Part shown: positions 1 to 11,297 of the stretch, in pieces
How the letters are laid out: each line of letters starts with the position of its first letter
How positions within the stretch are numbered: position 1 is the stretch's first letter
Translations under genes and position numbers: made by a program
The notes under the pieces: generated by a model
Databases searched by the model: none
The model's input: the letters and a program-made list of their open reading frames with translations, nothing else
What the model was told of the DNA's origin: nothing
DNA from: Opitutaceae bacterium
GTDB lineage: Bacteria > Verrucomicrobiota > Verrucomicrobiia > Opitutales > Coraliomargaritaceae
DNA: 64,000 bases
Reading direction: 5' to 3'
Assembly (NCBI GenBank): GCA_051252375.1
Contig: JBPOFY010000004.1
Location: 296,224-360,223, forward strand

Positions 1-300
1 CACCGCGATTTCAACAAAGAGGACATTCCAAAACTCCTTAAAGGCGTTGAATACGAAGGCGATTTCCTCAAGGCCGAAAAAGTCCTCCCCGCTCCACAGA
101 TCGGCGAGGGCCATCAGCGCCGACTTGAAGTGCACCTACACCACGGTAAGAAACGGGAGGTGCGTCGTCTCTTCGAGGCCAACCGCTATTTCGTCAAAAA
201 ACTCGTCCGCGTGCAAATCGGTGGCATCATCTTGAAAAACATTCCCAAAGGCGGCATAAAGATCCTCGGTAAAAAAGACATCGAGCGCCTCTTCGCTTGA
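1..300 (+). CDS. RsuA/RluB-family rRNA pseudouridine synthase, C-terminal part (5' truncated by window)
   Basis: Manual frame-1 translation ...LEVHLHHGKKREVRRLFEANRYFVKKLVRVQIGGIILKNIPKG...* (TGA 298-300) resembles the EG(R/K)xRxVRR / LxRxxIGxxxL motifs of this family. Not in the ORF track. Confidence 0.8.
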   Translation, partial: HRDFNKEDIPKLLKGVEYEGDFLKAEKVLPAPQIGEGHQRRLEVHLHHGKKREVRRLFEANRYFVKKLVRVQIGGIILKNIPKGGIKILGKKDIERLFA

Positions 301-340
301 TACTCGTCAAACCGCCTATCCATCGACACATATTGATACC

Positions 341-1255
341 ATGCAGCGCACTTTAAGATTCACACTGGCACTTCTATTTTGCACCACCGCAGGCTTACAG
401 GCCGGCGACGTGCTTTTACGACTGAGTCCGGACGCTAATGCCCCGACAGTTGCTCGTGTCGACGAGACAAATTCAACCATTCAGCGGAGCACCCAAGTTG
501 CCAATCCCTTCTTGGCTCAAAATGGCTGGAAGCAAAGCCAACACAAGGTCTCCATCGATGGCTACATTTCGACCGCTAAGATGTCGAAGAACTTCGAGAT
601 CGAACTGCAAACACCTCTCTCCGCCAACTCCAATCTCAGCGGCACACCACTCACTCGCATCGAAAAATCCGATCAGATCAAAGTGCTGAAAGTCGACGAC
701 CAGTGGGCACAACTACGCATCACTAAAACACTCCCAGTTTTCTTTCAACAGCGCACTAGACCGGTAACCCCCCTGGCACCGATCACGATGAACGCTAAGC
801 CGACATACCGCCAGGAAACGAACGACAAAAGCTATCTCAACGACTTTGACCCCGCTCGCGGCGTAGGCATCACCCGCCCCGAAGCCCTACCACCGGAAAA
901 CGTAGTCTGGACGAGCTCCAACAGTGCGCCGATCCCTCGCCCCGCACCGAAGGCAAACGCACGCTCCATCAACCCAACTACACAAAGAACTTTAGCCCCA
1001 GCAACCACGCAGACCACCTACGCGGAAGGCATCATTTACCGCTTCTCCGGCACCCTAGTTCAAGCGGGCAATGCATTGCAGCTCGAAGATGGCCAAGGTA
1101 ACCGCTTGGTAAACGTCGACATCTCGCAAATGTATATCAACGACATAGGCCCCTATCTCGACAAGAAAGTTCAAATCCACGGCGAGGTCCAATTAAGCGA
1201 AGACCGCAACCAAGTGATTGCCATCACCGCGCGCACCATTCGTATCGGCCTATAG
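341..1255 (+). CDS. Secreted hypothetical protein (signal peptide, SH3-like segment, Pro/Thr-rich linker, possible OB-like C-terminal domain)
   Basis: 304-aa ORF with hydrophobic N-terminus and an AxA-type cleavage site; 'IKVLKVDDQWAQL' resembles bacterial SH3. Confidence 0.6.
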   Translation: MQRTLRFTLALLFCTTAGLQAGDVLLRLSPDANAPTVARVDETNSTIQRSTQVANPFLAQNGWKQSQHKVSIDGYISTAKMSKNFEIELQTPLSANSNLSGTPLTRIEKSDQIKVLKVDDQWAQLRITKTLPVFFQQRTRPVTPLAPITMNAKPTYRQETNDKSYLNDFDPARGVGITRPEALPPENVVWTSSNSAPIPRPAPKANARSINPTTQRTLAPATTQTTYAEGIIYRFSGTLVQAGNALQLEDGQGNRLVNVDISQMYINDIGPYLDKKVQIHGEVQLSEDRNQVIAITARTIRIGL

Positions 1256-1282
1256 TCCCCCTTTATTCAACCACTCATCATC

Positions 1283-2155
1283 ATGCAACTCATCGACGGC
1301 AACGCTATCGCAGAATCTATCATTGAAGAACTGACCAAAGAGGTCGGTGCACTCCCCGGCAAGAAACCAGTCATCGCCGTGATCCGTGTCGGCGAAGACC
1401 CTGCCTCCGTATCGTATGTGCGGAAGAAGGAGAAGACCGCCGCACGTATCGGTATCGGCAGTCGTATGCACATCCTACCCGAGGACGTGAGCAAAGAAGA
1501 CCTCTTCGCGCAGATCGACGCACTCAATGCCGACCCAGATGTAAATGGCATCCTGATTCAAGCGCCCCTGCCGAACCACATCGACGAGACCGAAACCTTT
1601 AACCGCGTCCTCCCTGGCAAAGACGTCGACGGCTTCAACACCGTTAACATCGGCAAGCTCTGCCAAGAAGACAGCAGCGGCTTTATCGCCTGCACCCCCG
1701 CAGGCATCGTCCAGCTCATTGAGCGCAGTGGTATCGAAACGCAAGGCAAGCACGTCGTCGTGCTCGGTCGCAGCCAAATCGTAGGCAAGCCCGCCGCCCT
1801 GCTGATGGTGCGCAAGGCCGTGTCAGGAAACGCCACCGTCACCATCTGCCACTCTCGCACTCAAGACTTGCCCAGCATCACACGTCAAGCCGACGTCCTG
1901 ATCGCTGCGATTGGCCGCCCCAACTTCGTCACTGGCGACATGGTCAAAGATGGCGTCGCCGTAATCGACGTAGGTATCAACCGCGTTGTCGACGAGTCTC
2001 GCAAGAGCGGCTACCGCCTAGTCGGTGATGTCGATTTCGAAGCCGTTTCTCAAAAAGCGTCACACATCACCCCCGTGCCAGGCGGTGTCGGCCCCATGAC
2101 AGTGGCCATGCTCATGCACAACACCCTGCGCGCTTTCAAAGCCAGCCAGAGCTAA
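1283..2155 (+). CDS. folD: Bifunctional methylenetetrahydrofolate dehydrogenase/cyclohydrolase
   Basis: Motifs [43 protein letters not shown]. Confidence 0.97.
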   Translation: MQLIDGNAIAESIIEELTKEVGALPGKKPVIAVIRVGEDPASVSYVRKKEKTAARIGIGSRMHILPEDVSKEDLFAQIDALNADPDVNGILIQAPLPNHIDETETFNRVLPGKDVDGFNTVNIGKLCQEDSSGFIACTPAGIVQLIERSGIETQGKHVVVLGRSQIVGKPAALLMVRKAVSGNATVTICHSRTQDLPSITRQADVLIAAIGRPNFVTGDMVKDGVAVIDVGINRVVDESRKSGYRLVGDVDFEAVSQKASHITPVPGGVGPMTVAMLMHNTLRAFKASQS

Positions 2156-2160
2156 ACTGG

Positions 2161-2811
2161 ATGGAAGAACCCAAACACAACGAACCGCTCAAGCCAGAGC
2201 GGCGCTCTGATTTGCCGCCGCCACTCAAGCCAGCCAACGTGCTGGACTCGATCTTCCAACAAGGTGGCCCCATGCCGGCCGCTGGTCTCGGTATCCGCGG
2301 GATCGCCTTCCTCCTCGACTTCGTGCTCCTCACCGCTGTGTCGATGCTCCTGATTTGGAAATTTGCGATTCCTCAGAACCACCCCGGCGCGTTTCACGAG
2401 TTCACCGCATGGGTGGATGCATTCACAGCTTGGCTACAAATCGCAGGAGAAAAACCAGCAGCACCAGAAATGAGTCGCTCGCTGATTGAAGCACTCGGCT
2501 ACGCACAAAATTTACAGTTCTTCATTTTCTGGATTTATTTTGCCATCGGCGAAACCTTTTACGCAGGCAGCTCTCTCGGCAAACGACTTTGCTGCGTTCG
2601 CACAGTCAGCACAATCAGCCTCGGCACAGCACCTTTTTTCACGGGCATCGTGCGCGCAGGACTGAAAACCACGACCATCTTCCTACTCTTCCCCGTCAGT
2701 ATCTTAGTCGGCATGTGCAGCCTCTTTTTCAATAAACGCCGTCAACTCGTGCATGACTTACTCAGCCGCACAGCCGTCATCGACGAGCGTCTCTCACACC
2801 CCAAAGAGTAA
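2161..2811 (+). CDS. RDD family membrane protein
   Basis: RGIAFLLD, GSSLGKRL and RRQLVHDLLSRTAVI (R-D-D signature) with transmembrane segments. Confidence 0.85.
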   Translation: MEEPKHNEPLKPERRSDLPPPLKPANVLDSIFQQGGPMPAAGLGIRGIAFLLDFVLLTAVSMLLIWKFAIPQNHPGAFHEFTAWVDAFTAWLQIAGEKPAAPEMSRSLIEALGYAQNLQFFIFWIYFAIGETFYAGSSLGKRLCCVRTVSTISLGTAPFFTGIVRAGLKTTTIFLLFPVSILVGMCSLFFNKRRQLVHDLLSRTAVIDERLSHPKE

Positions 2812-2944
2812 AAGCGGGGTAAAAACCACTGAGATAATCCACGAATTTACTGTTTTACCTTCTCAGATAAGATCCTATCTATAAGCAGAACCAATCGCGG
2901 CATACTGCCTACGACAATCACGCACATTTAAATCCCGAACTATT

Positions 2945-4057
2945 TTGAGCACAAAACCCAAGCCCAAAATCCTGGTCGTCGACGACCAACCGATCAACAT
3001 TAAGCTCTTGCAACGCAAGTTAGAGCGGCAAGGGATGGAAGTATTTGTCGCCTACAATGGTCGCGAGTGCCTCAACATCGTTGGCGAGGCGAAACCCGAT
3101 CTTATTTTGCTCGATATCATGATGCCCGAAATGGACGGCATCGAGACTTGCCAACATCTCAAGGCAAACCCTGAGACGGAAACGATTCCAATCATCTTCA
3201 TCACCGCCAAAGCCTCTAAAGAAGGCAAGCTGGAAGGTCTAGATGCCGGCGCTGTCGACTACATCACTAAGCCGATCGACCTCGACGAGACGATCGCCCG
3301 TGTGCGCACGCAGCTACGCCTACAGGAAATGTTCCGCGAAAATATGGAGCTACAAGAACGCTTGGGCGATGTGCGTAAAGCGGCGGCAGTCGGTGCCATC
3401 ACTCAAGGCATTGCACATAATTTGAACAACCTGCTCGGCGTGGTGGTCGGCTACCTCGACTTGATCAAAAACGGCTATGACAGCCCCGACATGGTCAAGC
3501 GCAGCGTCATGTTAATGGATCACGCGATCACCAGAATGGTCAACATTATCCGTCAGCTAGGCACCATCGCCAACAACGAGCGCATCGAACTGGCCCAGAA
3601 CCCCATTCCACGCCTCATTGAAAACAGCATCGACCGCTTCAAAAAGGAATATGAAGTCGCTGGCGAAGTTGAAGTCCTCTCGGAACTCGATGATTCGTCC
3701 ACCATCTCGGCAAACGCTGAAACTTTCGAAATCATCCTCGGCAAACTCTTGATCAATGCTTGGGAAAGTTACGCCAAAGATACCGCTGACACGGATCGTA
3801 AGGTCACACTTCACGCACGCATCTCCCGCGAAAAGGGTCCTAGTGTCCTAGAAGTGAAAGTCGTGGATCAAGGCACTGGAATCGACCCTGAGGTCACAGA
3901 CACTTTGTTCGAGCCATTCATCACCACCAAGACCTCCGTAGGTCGAGGCATGGGTCTCACCATCGCGCGCCACACCATGCGCAACCTTGAAGGTGAAATT
4001 CGTTTGATTGAAAATCCCGACGGTGGCTGCACTGCCACGATGACACATCCCCTTTAA
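2945..4057 (+). CDS. Hybrid response regulator/histidine kinase (receiver + HisKA + HATPase)
   Basis: ILVVDD, LLDIMMPEMDG, KP receiver motifs; H-box GIAHNLNN; DQGTGI, FEPFITTK and GRGMGL boxes; TTG start. Confidence 0.92.
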   Translation: MSTKPKPKILVVDDQPINIKLLQRKLERQGMEVFVAYNGRECLNIVGEAKPDLILLDIMMPEMDGIETCQHLKANPETETIPIIFITAKASKEGKLEGLDAGAVDYITKPIDLDETIARVRTQLRLQEMFRENMELQERLGDVRKAAAVGAITQGIAHNLNNLLGVVVGYLDLIKNGYDSPDMVKRSVMLMDHAITRMVNIIRQLGTIANNERIELAQNPIPRLIENSIDRFKKEYEVAGEVEVLSELDDSSTISANAETFEIILGKLLINAWESYAKDTADTDRKVTLHARISREKGPSVLEVKVVDQGTGIDPEVTDTLFEPFITTKTSVGRGMGLTIARHTMRNLEGEIRLIENPDGGCTATMTHPL

Positions 4058-4067
4058 GGAATCCAAT

Positions 4068-4874
4068 ATGAGTATTCGCATTGTTTTTATAGGCGCGGGG
4101 CGTATGGCTTCCGCCATCGTTCGCGGCTTGCTCGAAAAAGAGCATTACCAACCTGAAGAAATCGCCTGCACTTGCGGCGACGATCCGACTGGTCCCGCAC
4201 TCGCGGAAGAGACTGGCATCCAGTTTTTTCCAGATATCACCAACGCGCTCTACGAAGCAGAAGCCGTCGTGCTCGCCTGCAAGCCACAGCAATTTAACGC
4301 GATAGACACCACGCTCGCCGACGCCGCCACAGGAAAGCTCGTGCTCTCCATTCTCGCAGGCACACCACTCGCGAGACTCAGTGAGAAATTCGGCAAAGCC
4401 CGCAACATCGTGCGGACCATGCCCAACACGCCCGGTCAAATCGGAGCCGGCGTCACCGCATTTGCCCCACTACGCGGGCTCACCGAAAAAGATTTTGGCA
4501 TCGTTGAAAACACCCTCAGTTCATTGGGTAATTTCCACGAGGTGGAAGAAGCCGACCTCGACGCGGTGACCGCACTCAGCGGCAGTGGCCCGGCCTATGT
4601 CTTTGAATTTGTCGCCGCACTACGTGAGGCTGGCATCAACTGCGGGCTCGACGAAGGGCTAGCAGAATCCCTCGCCATCGATACCTTACTTGGATCTGCC
4701 ATGCTACTCGCGGACAGCGAAAGTGCACCGGAAGATCTACGCGACGCCGTGACCTCTCCAGGGGGCACCACCGCCGCCGCACTGAATGTCTTTAAAGAAG
4801 GCGACCTTCGCGGCCTCGTCGGCAAAGCACTCGCCGCAGCGAAAGCCCGCTCACTGGAGCTGGCACAAGAGTAA
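4068..4874 (+). CDS. proC: Pyrroline-5-carboxylate reductase
   Basis: FIGAGRMA, ACKPQ, RTMPNTP, SGSGPAY, VTSPGGTT. Confidence 0.96.
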   Translation: MSIRIVFIGAGRMASAIVRGLLEKEHYQPEEIACTCGDDPTGPALAEETGIQFFPDITNALYEAEAVVLACKPQQFNAIDTTLADAATGKLVLSILAGTPLARLSEKFGKARNIVRTMPNTPGQIGAGVTAFAPLRGLTEKDFGIVENTLSSLGNFHEVEEADLDAVTALSGSGPAYVFEFVAALREAGINCGLDEGLAESLAIDTLLGSAMLLADSESAPEDLRDAVTSPGGTTAAALNVFKEGDLRGLVGKALAAAKARSLELAQE

Positions 4875-4916
4875 GCAAAATTTAGCTTAACAGGCGAAGC
4901 TACTCGCGAGGAGACA

Positions 4917-5339
4917 CTACAACTGCAACGGATCGACTGCGAAAAATTGACTCGCATTAAGGAACTGACCTTGCGCATCCAGCCAAGCTGGGTCCGCAGT
5001 CACTTCGGACATCGATTTCTTCGTATTATTACAGAAAAGGTAAACATCTGGACCGAGGCAGATATAGGCGTCGATTCCCACACCGTCACCTTCGCGGGTA
5101 AAGCTGAACTCACCACCAAGTGCAGTTTGATCTTCGGTCAATTCTTTGCGCAGCGAAATACTATCGTCTGCAAACTCACCCATGAAGGCCGCTTCGCGAG
5201 GACCTTCGTAAAAGTGTAATTCCAGTGAACTACCTGATAGTCCAACTATCGCCAGCTCATCAAAAACCGGCCGTCCATAGGCTTGATTTAATTTCGCAAA
5301 GGACTTTTCGATTCGAGTAGTAGCAGCCTCTAAGTTCAT
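4917..5339 (-). CDS. Hypothetical protein (~140 aa)
   Basis: Protein-like ORF filling the gap between proC and the RluA gene; ATG at 5339 preferred over the upstream TTG at 5354. Confidence 0.65.
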   Translation of the reverse strand: MNLEAATTRIEKSFAKLNQAYGRPVFDELAIVGLSGSSLELHFYEGPREAAFMGEFADDSISLRKELTEDQTALGGEFSFTREGDGVGIDAYICLGPDVYLFCNNTKKSMSEVTADPAWLDAQGQFLNASQFFAVDPLQL

Positions 5340-5504
5340 AAATCTAAACAACAAGAAACTTACCCATGCTTCAAACTAAAATCCATTTGAAGCACTGATT
5401 TGAGCGAAATCGGACAAACCAAATGAGTTTTTTACAGCGACCTAAAGGATACCCCTCACCAAAGAAATCAGATATTCAAGCCAACCATAGCCGACAAAGA
5501 TGAT

Positions 5505-6356
5505 CTAACGACGAAACCGACGAGCCGCTAAAGACGAACTGACAGGTCTCTTCTTAGAGGCCGTTTTCGGCTGCGGGCGCCCATGGTTTAATCCGGGGCG
5601 AAACGATAGAACCGATTGAAAAGCTTCAGGTAGTTCAGAGACTGCTTTAAAATCTTTCATCTTACCGTTGAAAGCGTAGCGCACGGACGTTTCCCCAGAA
5701 TGAAGCATCATCCGCTTTTCACCTGTTTCGCGCGAAACTTCTCGATTAAAACTAAAACTACCGTATGTGCGATCGCCCACGACAGGATGACCGTGTTTTT
5801 TACACTGCACACGTAATTGATGCGTCCGCCCTGTCACTGGCATGAGTTTCAGCAAAGACACAGGAAAACCTCCGACGGGGGACTTGACCACTTGATAGCG
5901 AGCCTTGGCCGGCACGCTCTGACCATTGCGGACCAAGCGCTTGCCGCGATGCACATCCTTTTTTAAGGAATCGTTCCATACACCGGTCGGCAATGAAGGC
6001 GCTCGCTTGACCACCGCGTAGTAGGTCTTCGCTACTTTATGAGTGGCAAAAAGTTGCTTAATCGTCGTGGCGATCTCGGCATTCAATCCGATCAAAATCA
6101 CTCCCGAGGTCGGTGAATCCAGGCGATTGATCAACCAAACTCGCTGCTCCTCGCCTGCCTCGTTCTGCCAGCTGAAGCATTCCTCATCATAATCGTAAGC
6201 CGCATCAAGTAATGCACGCTCCTTATCCTTCGCAGAATTTGGATGCGCAAGCACCCCTATCGGCTTTTCCAATGCGACGAGTCCGTCTTCATTCGACGCC
6301 AAGACGCCCACACCTCTAGTGAGGGGTAAATCTTTAATCTGTGTCTCGTTATGCAT
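5505..6356 (-). CDS. RluA/RluC-family RNA pseudouridine synthase
   Basis: KPIG, NRLDSPTSG (catalytic Asp), TGRTHQLRV, HPVVGDRTYG, MMLHS. Confidence 0.92.
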   Translation of the reverse strand: MHNETQIKDLPLTRGVGVLASNEDGLVALEKPIGVLAHPNSAKDKERALLDAAYDYDEECFSWQNEAGEEQRVWLINRLDSPTSGVILIGLNAEIATTIKQLFATHKVAKTYYAVVKRAPSLPTGVWNDSLKKDVHRGKRLVRNGQSVPAKARYQVVKSPVGGFPVSLLKLMPVTGRTHQLRVQCKKHGHPVVGDRTYGSFSFNREVSRETGEKRMMLHSGETSVRYAFNGKMKDFKAVSELPEAFQSVLSFRPGLNHGRPQPKTASKKRPVSSSLAARRFRR

Positions 6357-6417
6357 GCTTGAAACGTTGCAATGTTATGAGATCTAGAAAAATCACAACT
6401 CTTTCCTTCAACAAGGC

Positions 6418-7545
6418 TCATCGATAATGAAACGCGACCGTCAAAGTGCGCTCTTGGCCGAATACTTGAACCATCTCGCGCGTCCATGGGCGAAACGGTG
6501 AGCGCTTCACAATCGCGCTTTCACAAATGATAGTGGCAATTTCACTCGCCGTTGTCCGCGCGACCTCCACATCCGTAACCTTACCATCCGCATGTATCGT
6601 AAAACGAACCTGCACAGTGGCCGAGGTGTCAATCGGTTGGTAAAACTCAATCTCCTGATACCACCCTGCCTGTAGTGCGGCGTAGAACTGTTGCTGATAT
6701 TCGCCAAACTCGCTGAAAGTCGCATCGATCGCCAAGGTGCCACGTAGACGAGTGGAGCCAGTCGATTGCATCAACGGTCCGCGTATCAACTCGGGATCCA
6801 AGCGCGGACGTTCACGGGGCATCGGCTTGGCTGTCGACCCACCATTACCTTCACCGTTTTGCGCTTGCTCAACGGATGGTGACTGCGGCGATGGCTTATA
6901 AACATTGATCGGCGCATCCGGATCGGGGTTCGGCGTCACTTCGGTTGCGACCCCCGGCGTTTCCAGCCGGCTACCCGGACCTTCTTCAGTCACGGGTGTT
7001 TGCTCTAAAAATGCCGGTGTTGGCAATGGTGGCGCAGGTGTCGGTGTAGGCTGAGCAATCGCACCTGGCTTACCTCCGTCAGTGCCGTCGCCCTCTCCTG
7101 GTTTCGCTTGAGGCGAATAAACGCCCGGTGGCAAGGGTGGGGCTTGCTCCGATGCCCCTTGAATTATTTTTTGCGACTGCGTGTCGCCATCTACATCCGG
7201 TGCTTCAAGCGGATCGTCACTCACCTTCTCACTGGCCAATTGCTGATTTTTGAATGAATACTGGTCCTGCCGATCTGGCGTATTCTCCGGAGCCTCTGGA
7301 TTGACCTCAACGAAGCGTAATTGATCCGCAGTCAAAGGCTCGGGCGGCACAAGCGTCACTTCGAGCACGTCATCTGCCTTCTCTCCGATAACAGCAGAGA
7401 ATAGTATTTGCTCGGGAATCACCCAAAGCAGACCGACATGCAGTAACAACGCAATGAGCAGGGCGCACACAGTAGTGAAGCGACGATCATGGCGATACGT
7501 ATCAAAGGGGTGCTGCCCACTGGAAACTGTTTCTGTGCCGTTCAA
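6418..7545 (-). CDS. TonB/TolA-like protein (TM anchor, Pro-rich linker, TonB C-terminal domain)
   Basis: TM helix with 'ALLLHV' His motif, Pro-rich periplasmic region, C-terminal VQVRFTIHADGKVTDV...SPFRP. Confidence 0.75.
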   Translation of the reverse strand: MNGTETVSSGQHPFDTYRHDRRFTTVCALLIALLLHVGLLWVIPEQILFSAVIGEKADDVLEVTLVPPEPLTADQLRFVEVNPEAPENTPDRQDQYSFKNQQLASEKVSDDPLEAPDVDGDTQSQKIIQGASEQAPPLPPGVYSPQAKPGEGDGTDGGKPGAIAQPTPTPAPPLPTPAFLEQTPVTEEGPGSRLETPGVATEVTPNPDPDAPINVYKPSPQSPSVEQAQNGEGNGGSTAKPMPRERPRLDPELIRGPLMQSTGSTRLRGTLAIDATFSEFGEYQQQFYAALQAGWYQEIEFYQPIDTSATVQVRFTIHADGKVTDVEVARTTASEIATIICESAIVKRSPFRPWTREMVQVFGQERTLTVAFHYR

Positions 7546-7560
7546 ATCAAAGGAATCGAA

Positions 7561-8157
7561 TCAGCTTTCGTCCCGAAAGTCGAAGCGATGTTCCGCAAAC
7601 TTAACAGCCAGTGCCTGAATCGGCAGCCCCATCACATTTTCAACAGAGCCTTCGACGGACTCGATAATCAATTCCCTGCCCTCCTGAATGCCATAAGCGC
7701 CGGCCTTATCGAGCGGATTGACGATCGCAAAATAAGCATCGATCGTGGCATCATCGAGTGACTTAAAACGCACATCACTACGCTCAACAAAACATTCCCT
7801 AAAGCCACCAGCACTCCAATGCAAAGCCACTGCAGTATAGACAGTGTGCACGCGACCGGACAAACGTTGCAGCATGGCTTTGGCATCTGCCAAATCAGTC
7901 GGCTTGCTCAACACCCGATCATCAATCGCAACAGTCGTATCGGAACCAAGGATGAGTGCGTCGGGATAAGTGTCCTCCATCGCGGCAGCTTTGAGTGCCG
8001 CATTATGATGCACCATTTGCTCAGGACCGTTCGATCCGGAATCGTCTTCTTCGGCATGCGATGGATGCACTTCAAAAGCCAAGCCCATACGCTGGAGTAA
8101 TTCACTCCGCCGTGGAGACGCCGAAGCGAGCACAAGTTTTTCAGGTTTCGATGCCAT
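7561..8157 (-). CDS. maf: Maf family nucleoside triphosphate pyrophosphatase
   Basis: [33 protein letters not shown]. Confidence 0.95.
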   Translation of the reverse strand: MASKPEKLVLASASPRRSELLQRMGLAFEVHPSHAEEDDSGSNGPEQMVHHNAALKAAAMEDTYPDALILGSDTTVAIDDRVLSKPTDLADAKAMLQRLSGRVHTVYTAVALHWSAGGFRECFVERSDVRFKSLDDATIDAYFAIVNPLDKAGAYGIQEGRELIIESVEGSVENVMGLPIQALAVKFAEHRFDFRDES

Positions 8158-8161
8158 CTAA

Positions 8162-9520
8162 CTATTCCAAAACACGTTCCACTGATCCGATGGCACGGGC
8201 AAAAGCCAAGCGACTTAATCCATATAAATAAATGGCTCGCAGATGACTGTTTTCCGCATCGGATAAACGTTGCTGCGCGTCGATCAACTCACGGTTGTCG
8301 GCGAGGCCCTCGCGATAGCGTTCTTCCGCCTGCTCGATTTCCGCACGCCCAAGACGAATCTCATCACGCGCAATCTCGATTTGAGCATAACGCGAATCCA
8401 TATCGATCATCGCGAAGCGAAACTCCCGCTGTATGCGATTCTCTAAATCACGCATCAGATATTCGCGCTGACGAACCACGGCAGCGGCCTCCCGGCGCTC
8501 CGAAGCGATACGTCCACCTTCAAAAATGGGAATGCTCGCTCGTATGCCTGCTAGCCACGCCTCCTTCTCGTCGCGATCAAAAGCGTCATCCGAATCGTAG
8601 CCCCACTCCCCGAACAGTTCGATACTAGGCAGTCGTTGCCAAGCCGTGGCCTTCCTAGTTAATCGCGCCTGATCCAACTGCAATTGTTCACTCGCCAGTT
8701 CAGGGCGTAATCCAAGAAGATCTTCCATCGTAGCATACTTTTTCAAGGACGGTGGCGACTTGATGCCTTCAATGATTGATCGGTCTAGTAAAAGCTCGCG
8801 GTCCAAGTCCACGTCGAGAAGTGCCTTCAACTGGAGAATCGAATCTACAACCAAGGCTTCCGCCTCCATCAATGTCCTGCGCTCCGTCGCCACACGCACC
8901 TCCGCCCGGGTGACATCGATCTTAATCGCCGCCCCGGCATCAAACTGCTTCTGTGCAAGCTCCAGTAGTTCCAGATCGCGTTCGATATTTCCCTGCGAAA
9001 TCTCCACTCGGCGCAAATCCCGCAAATGGGTAAAGTAAAGCTGCACCGCCTGATCCAAAATATCCTGCACCGCGACATCATAGTCATGGTGCGCAATGGC
9101 TTCAGCTAATTTGGCCACACGATATTGGGAATATTTTTGCGTATCGAACAGAGTCTGGGTGCCGACCACACGCGCATTGAATGAATTAAATGGCGGCGAC
9201 TCAAAATCAGCCCCCGCGAAGCCACTGCCATATTGCTGACGTGTCTGCTGTGACTGTATCGAGAGCTGCGGCAAGAGCGCCGCGCGCTGTTGAAAGCTTT
9301 TTTCTAGCGCACGCTGCACCGATTCTTTCTCAAACAAAACACGAGGGCTTTTCGCCTTAATGTGCTCCATCATCGCATCGACCGTCAAAAACAACGGTCC
9401 TTCCGCTGTCTCAGCTGTTTCCGACTCATCAGGCACAACGGATTCCGAAGCGATTGTAGCAGTGCAAAATAGCAAGGTAATCGAAATGAAAATACTGAAA
9501 GTCTTGAGTTCTCTTAACAT
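8162..9520 (-). CDS. TolC family outer membrane efflux protein
   Basis: Signal peptide; two OEP repeats (ALLPQLS...; RLPSIEL...SIPIFEGG); helical C-terminus ending LAFARAIG. Confidence 0.9.
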   Translation of the reverse strand: MLRELKTFSIFISITLLFCTATIASESVVPDESETAETAEGPLFLTVDAMMEHIKAKSPRVLFEKESVQRALEKSFQQRAALLPQLSIQSQQTRQQYGSGFAGADFESPPFNSFNARVVGTQTLFDTQKYSQYRVAKLAEAIAHHDYDVAVQDILDQAVQLYFTHLRDLRRVEISQGNIERDLELLELAQKQFDAGAAIKIDVTRAEVRVATERRTLMEAEALVVDSILQLKALLDVDLDRELLLDRSIIEGIKSPPSLKKYATMEDLLGLRPELASEQLQLDQARLTRKATAWQRLPSIELFGEWGYDSDDAFDRDEKEAWLAGIRASIPIFEGGRIASERREAAAVVRQREYLMRDLENRIQREFRFAMIDMDSRYAQIEIARDEIRLGRAEIEQAEERYREGLADNRELIDAQQRLSDAENSHLRAIYLYGLSRLAFARAIGSVERVLE

Positions 9521-9627
9521 CGGAAAATAGTCGTTACCTCTCGGCTGTTTTGTAACCGATCGTGACTATCTATGCCATCGGTCGATTTGCAAGTCGCCAC
9601 ATCAAACAATTGTTTTAAATTTTACCC

Positions 9628-11274
9628 ATGAAGATCGGTCTTGCCCAAATCAACACCACTGTCGGCGACCTAGCTGGCAACCAACAATTGATCCTTGATG
9701 CCTATCAGGCACTCGTGGCCGACGGCGCAGAGCTCGTGCTCTTCCCCGAGCTTGCCATCTGCGGCTACCCGCCCCGCGATCTACTCTTCAAGAGCCGCTT
9801 CGTCAGCGACATTCGTTCGACACTCGACACAATTGCGCAATCCATTGGTGCCGTGCCCGCCGTGGTCGGCTTTGTCGAAAAGCGCACCGAGTCCAACACC
9901 GGACGCCCCTTTTACAATGCAGCCGCTTGGTGCGAATCAGGCGCCGTGCAAACCATCGGCCGCAAGTCGCTCCTACCGAGTTACGACGTCTTCGACGAAG
10001 AGCGCTACTTCGAGCCCGCAGAAGGCCCGACCGTCCACGTATGGAATGGTCTCAAAGTCGGTATCACCATCTGTGAAGACATTTGGACGCATCCCGACAT
10101 CCAAACCAGTCGCCGCTACTGCCAAGATCCGGTCGCCACACTAGCAGTCGAAAAAATCGACTTGCTGCTCAACCTTTCAGCCAGCCCTTGGCATGAAGGT
10201 AAAAACGAAGCCCGCGAACCACTCGTGCAAGATGCCGCGGACCGTTGCCAGTGCCCCGCCATCTATTGCAACTCTGTCGGCGGCAACGACGAACTCATCT
10301 TTGACGGTGGCAGCTTAATCGCTCATCCAGAACGCGGACTGATCGCAGGGCTCGCCGCATTCCGCGCCGACAGCCGCGTGATCGACATCGAAGCCAGCAG
10401 CGATTTTGTCGTCTCCGAATTTTTCAACCTCAAGGGCAACGCCGCCACACATGATGCGCTCGTGCTGGGGCTGCGTGACTACGCCCACAAAAGCGGTTTC
10501 AAGAAAGCCCTCATTGGGCTCAGCGGTGGTATCGACTCCGCCGTCGTCGCCGCGATTGCCGCCGAATCCTTCGGTCCGGAAAACGTCATCGGCATCGCCC
10601 TGCCCTCTGCAATTTCCAGCCAACACAGCCGCGACGACGCAGCAGCACTGGCAAAGAACCTCGGCATCGAATATCACGAAGTCGCCATCGCCGAGACCGT
10701 CGCTTCCGCTGAGTCTGCCCTCGCTCCGCTCTTCGAAGGCATGCAAGCCGATGTGACCGAAGAAAACATTCAAGCCCGTGCGCGTGGCGTGCTCCTCATG
10801 GCGATGTCCAACAAGTTCGGCGCACTGCTACTGACGACAGGCAACAAAAGCGAAATTTCCGTCGGCTACTGCACGCTTTACGGCGACATGTGCGGCGGTC
10901 TCGCGGTGATCTCCGACTTGCCGAAAATGAAAGTCTATGCCCTCGCACGTCACATCAACAACGAGCGCGAAATCATCCCCGTCAATACGATTGAGAAAGC
11001 GCCTTCCGCTGAGTTACGCCTAGACCAAAAAGACGAAGACTCCTTGCCCCCTTACCCAGTTCTCGATGGTATCCTTCGCCTCTATGTCGAAGAAGGTCTC
11101 TCCTCCGCAGAGATCATCGAGCGTGGCTACGATGCCGTAATCGTGCGCGACATCATCCGCAAGGTCGACCTCAACGAATACAAACGCAAACAAGCCGCTC
11201 CGGGACTCAAAACCACACCCCTCGCCTTCGGTGTCGGGCGTCGGATCCCCATCGTCCAAAAATATGTAAGCTAG
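9628..11274 (+). CDS. nadE: Glutamine-dependent NAD+ synthetase
   Basis: Nitrilase domain (FPEL, ICEDIW) plus [38 protein letters not shown]. Confidence 0.96.
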   Translation: MKIGLAQINTTVGDLAGNQQLILDAYQALVADGAELVLFPELAICGYPPRDLLFKSRFVSDIRSTLDTIAQSIGAVPAVVGFVEKRTESNTGRPFYNAAAWCESGAVQTIGRKSLLPSYDVFDEERYFEPAEGPTVHVWNGLKVGITICEDIWTHPDIQTSRRYCQDPVATLAVEKIDLLLNLSASPWHEGKNEAREPLVQDAADRCQCPAIYCNSVGGNDELIFDGGSLIAHPERGLIAGLAAFRADSRVIDIEASSDFVVSEFFNLKGNAATHDALVLGLRDYAHKSGFKKALIGLSGGIDSAVVAAIAAESFGPENVIGIALPSAISSQHSRDDAAALAKNLGIEYHEVAIAETVASAESALAPLFEGMQADVTEENIQARARGVLLMAMSNKFGALLLTTGNKSEISVGYCTLYGDMCGGLAVISDLPKMKVYALARHINNEREIIPVNTIEKAPSAELRLDQKDEDSLPPYPVLDGILRLYVEEGLSSAEIIERGYDAVIVRDIIRKVDLNEYKRKQAAPGLKTTPLAFGVGRRIPIVQKYVS

Positions 11275-11297
11275 GATGGGAACGTCCCCATTTATCC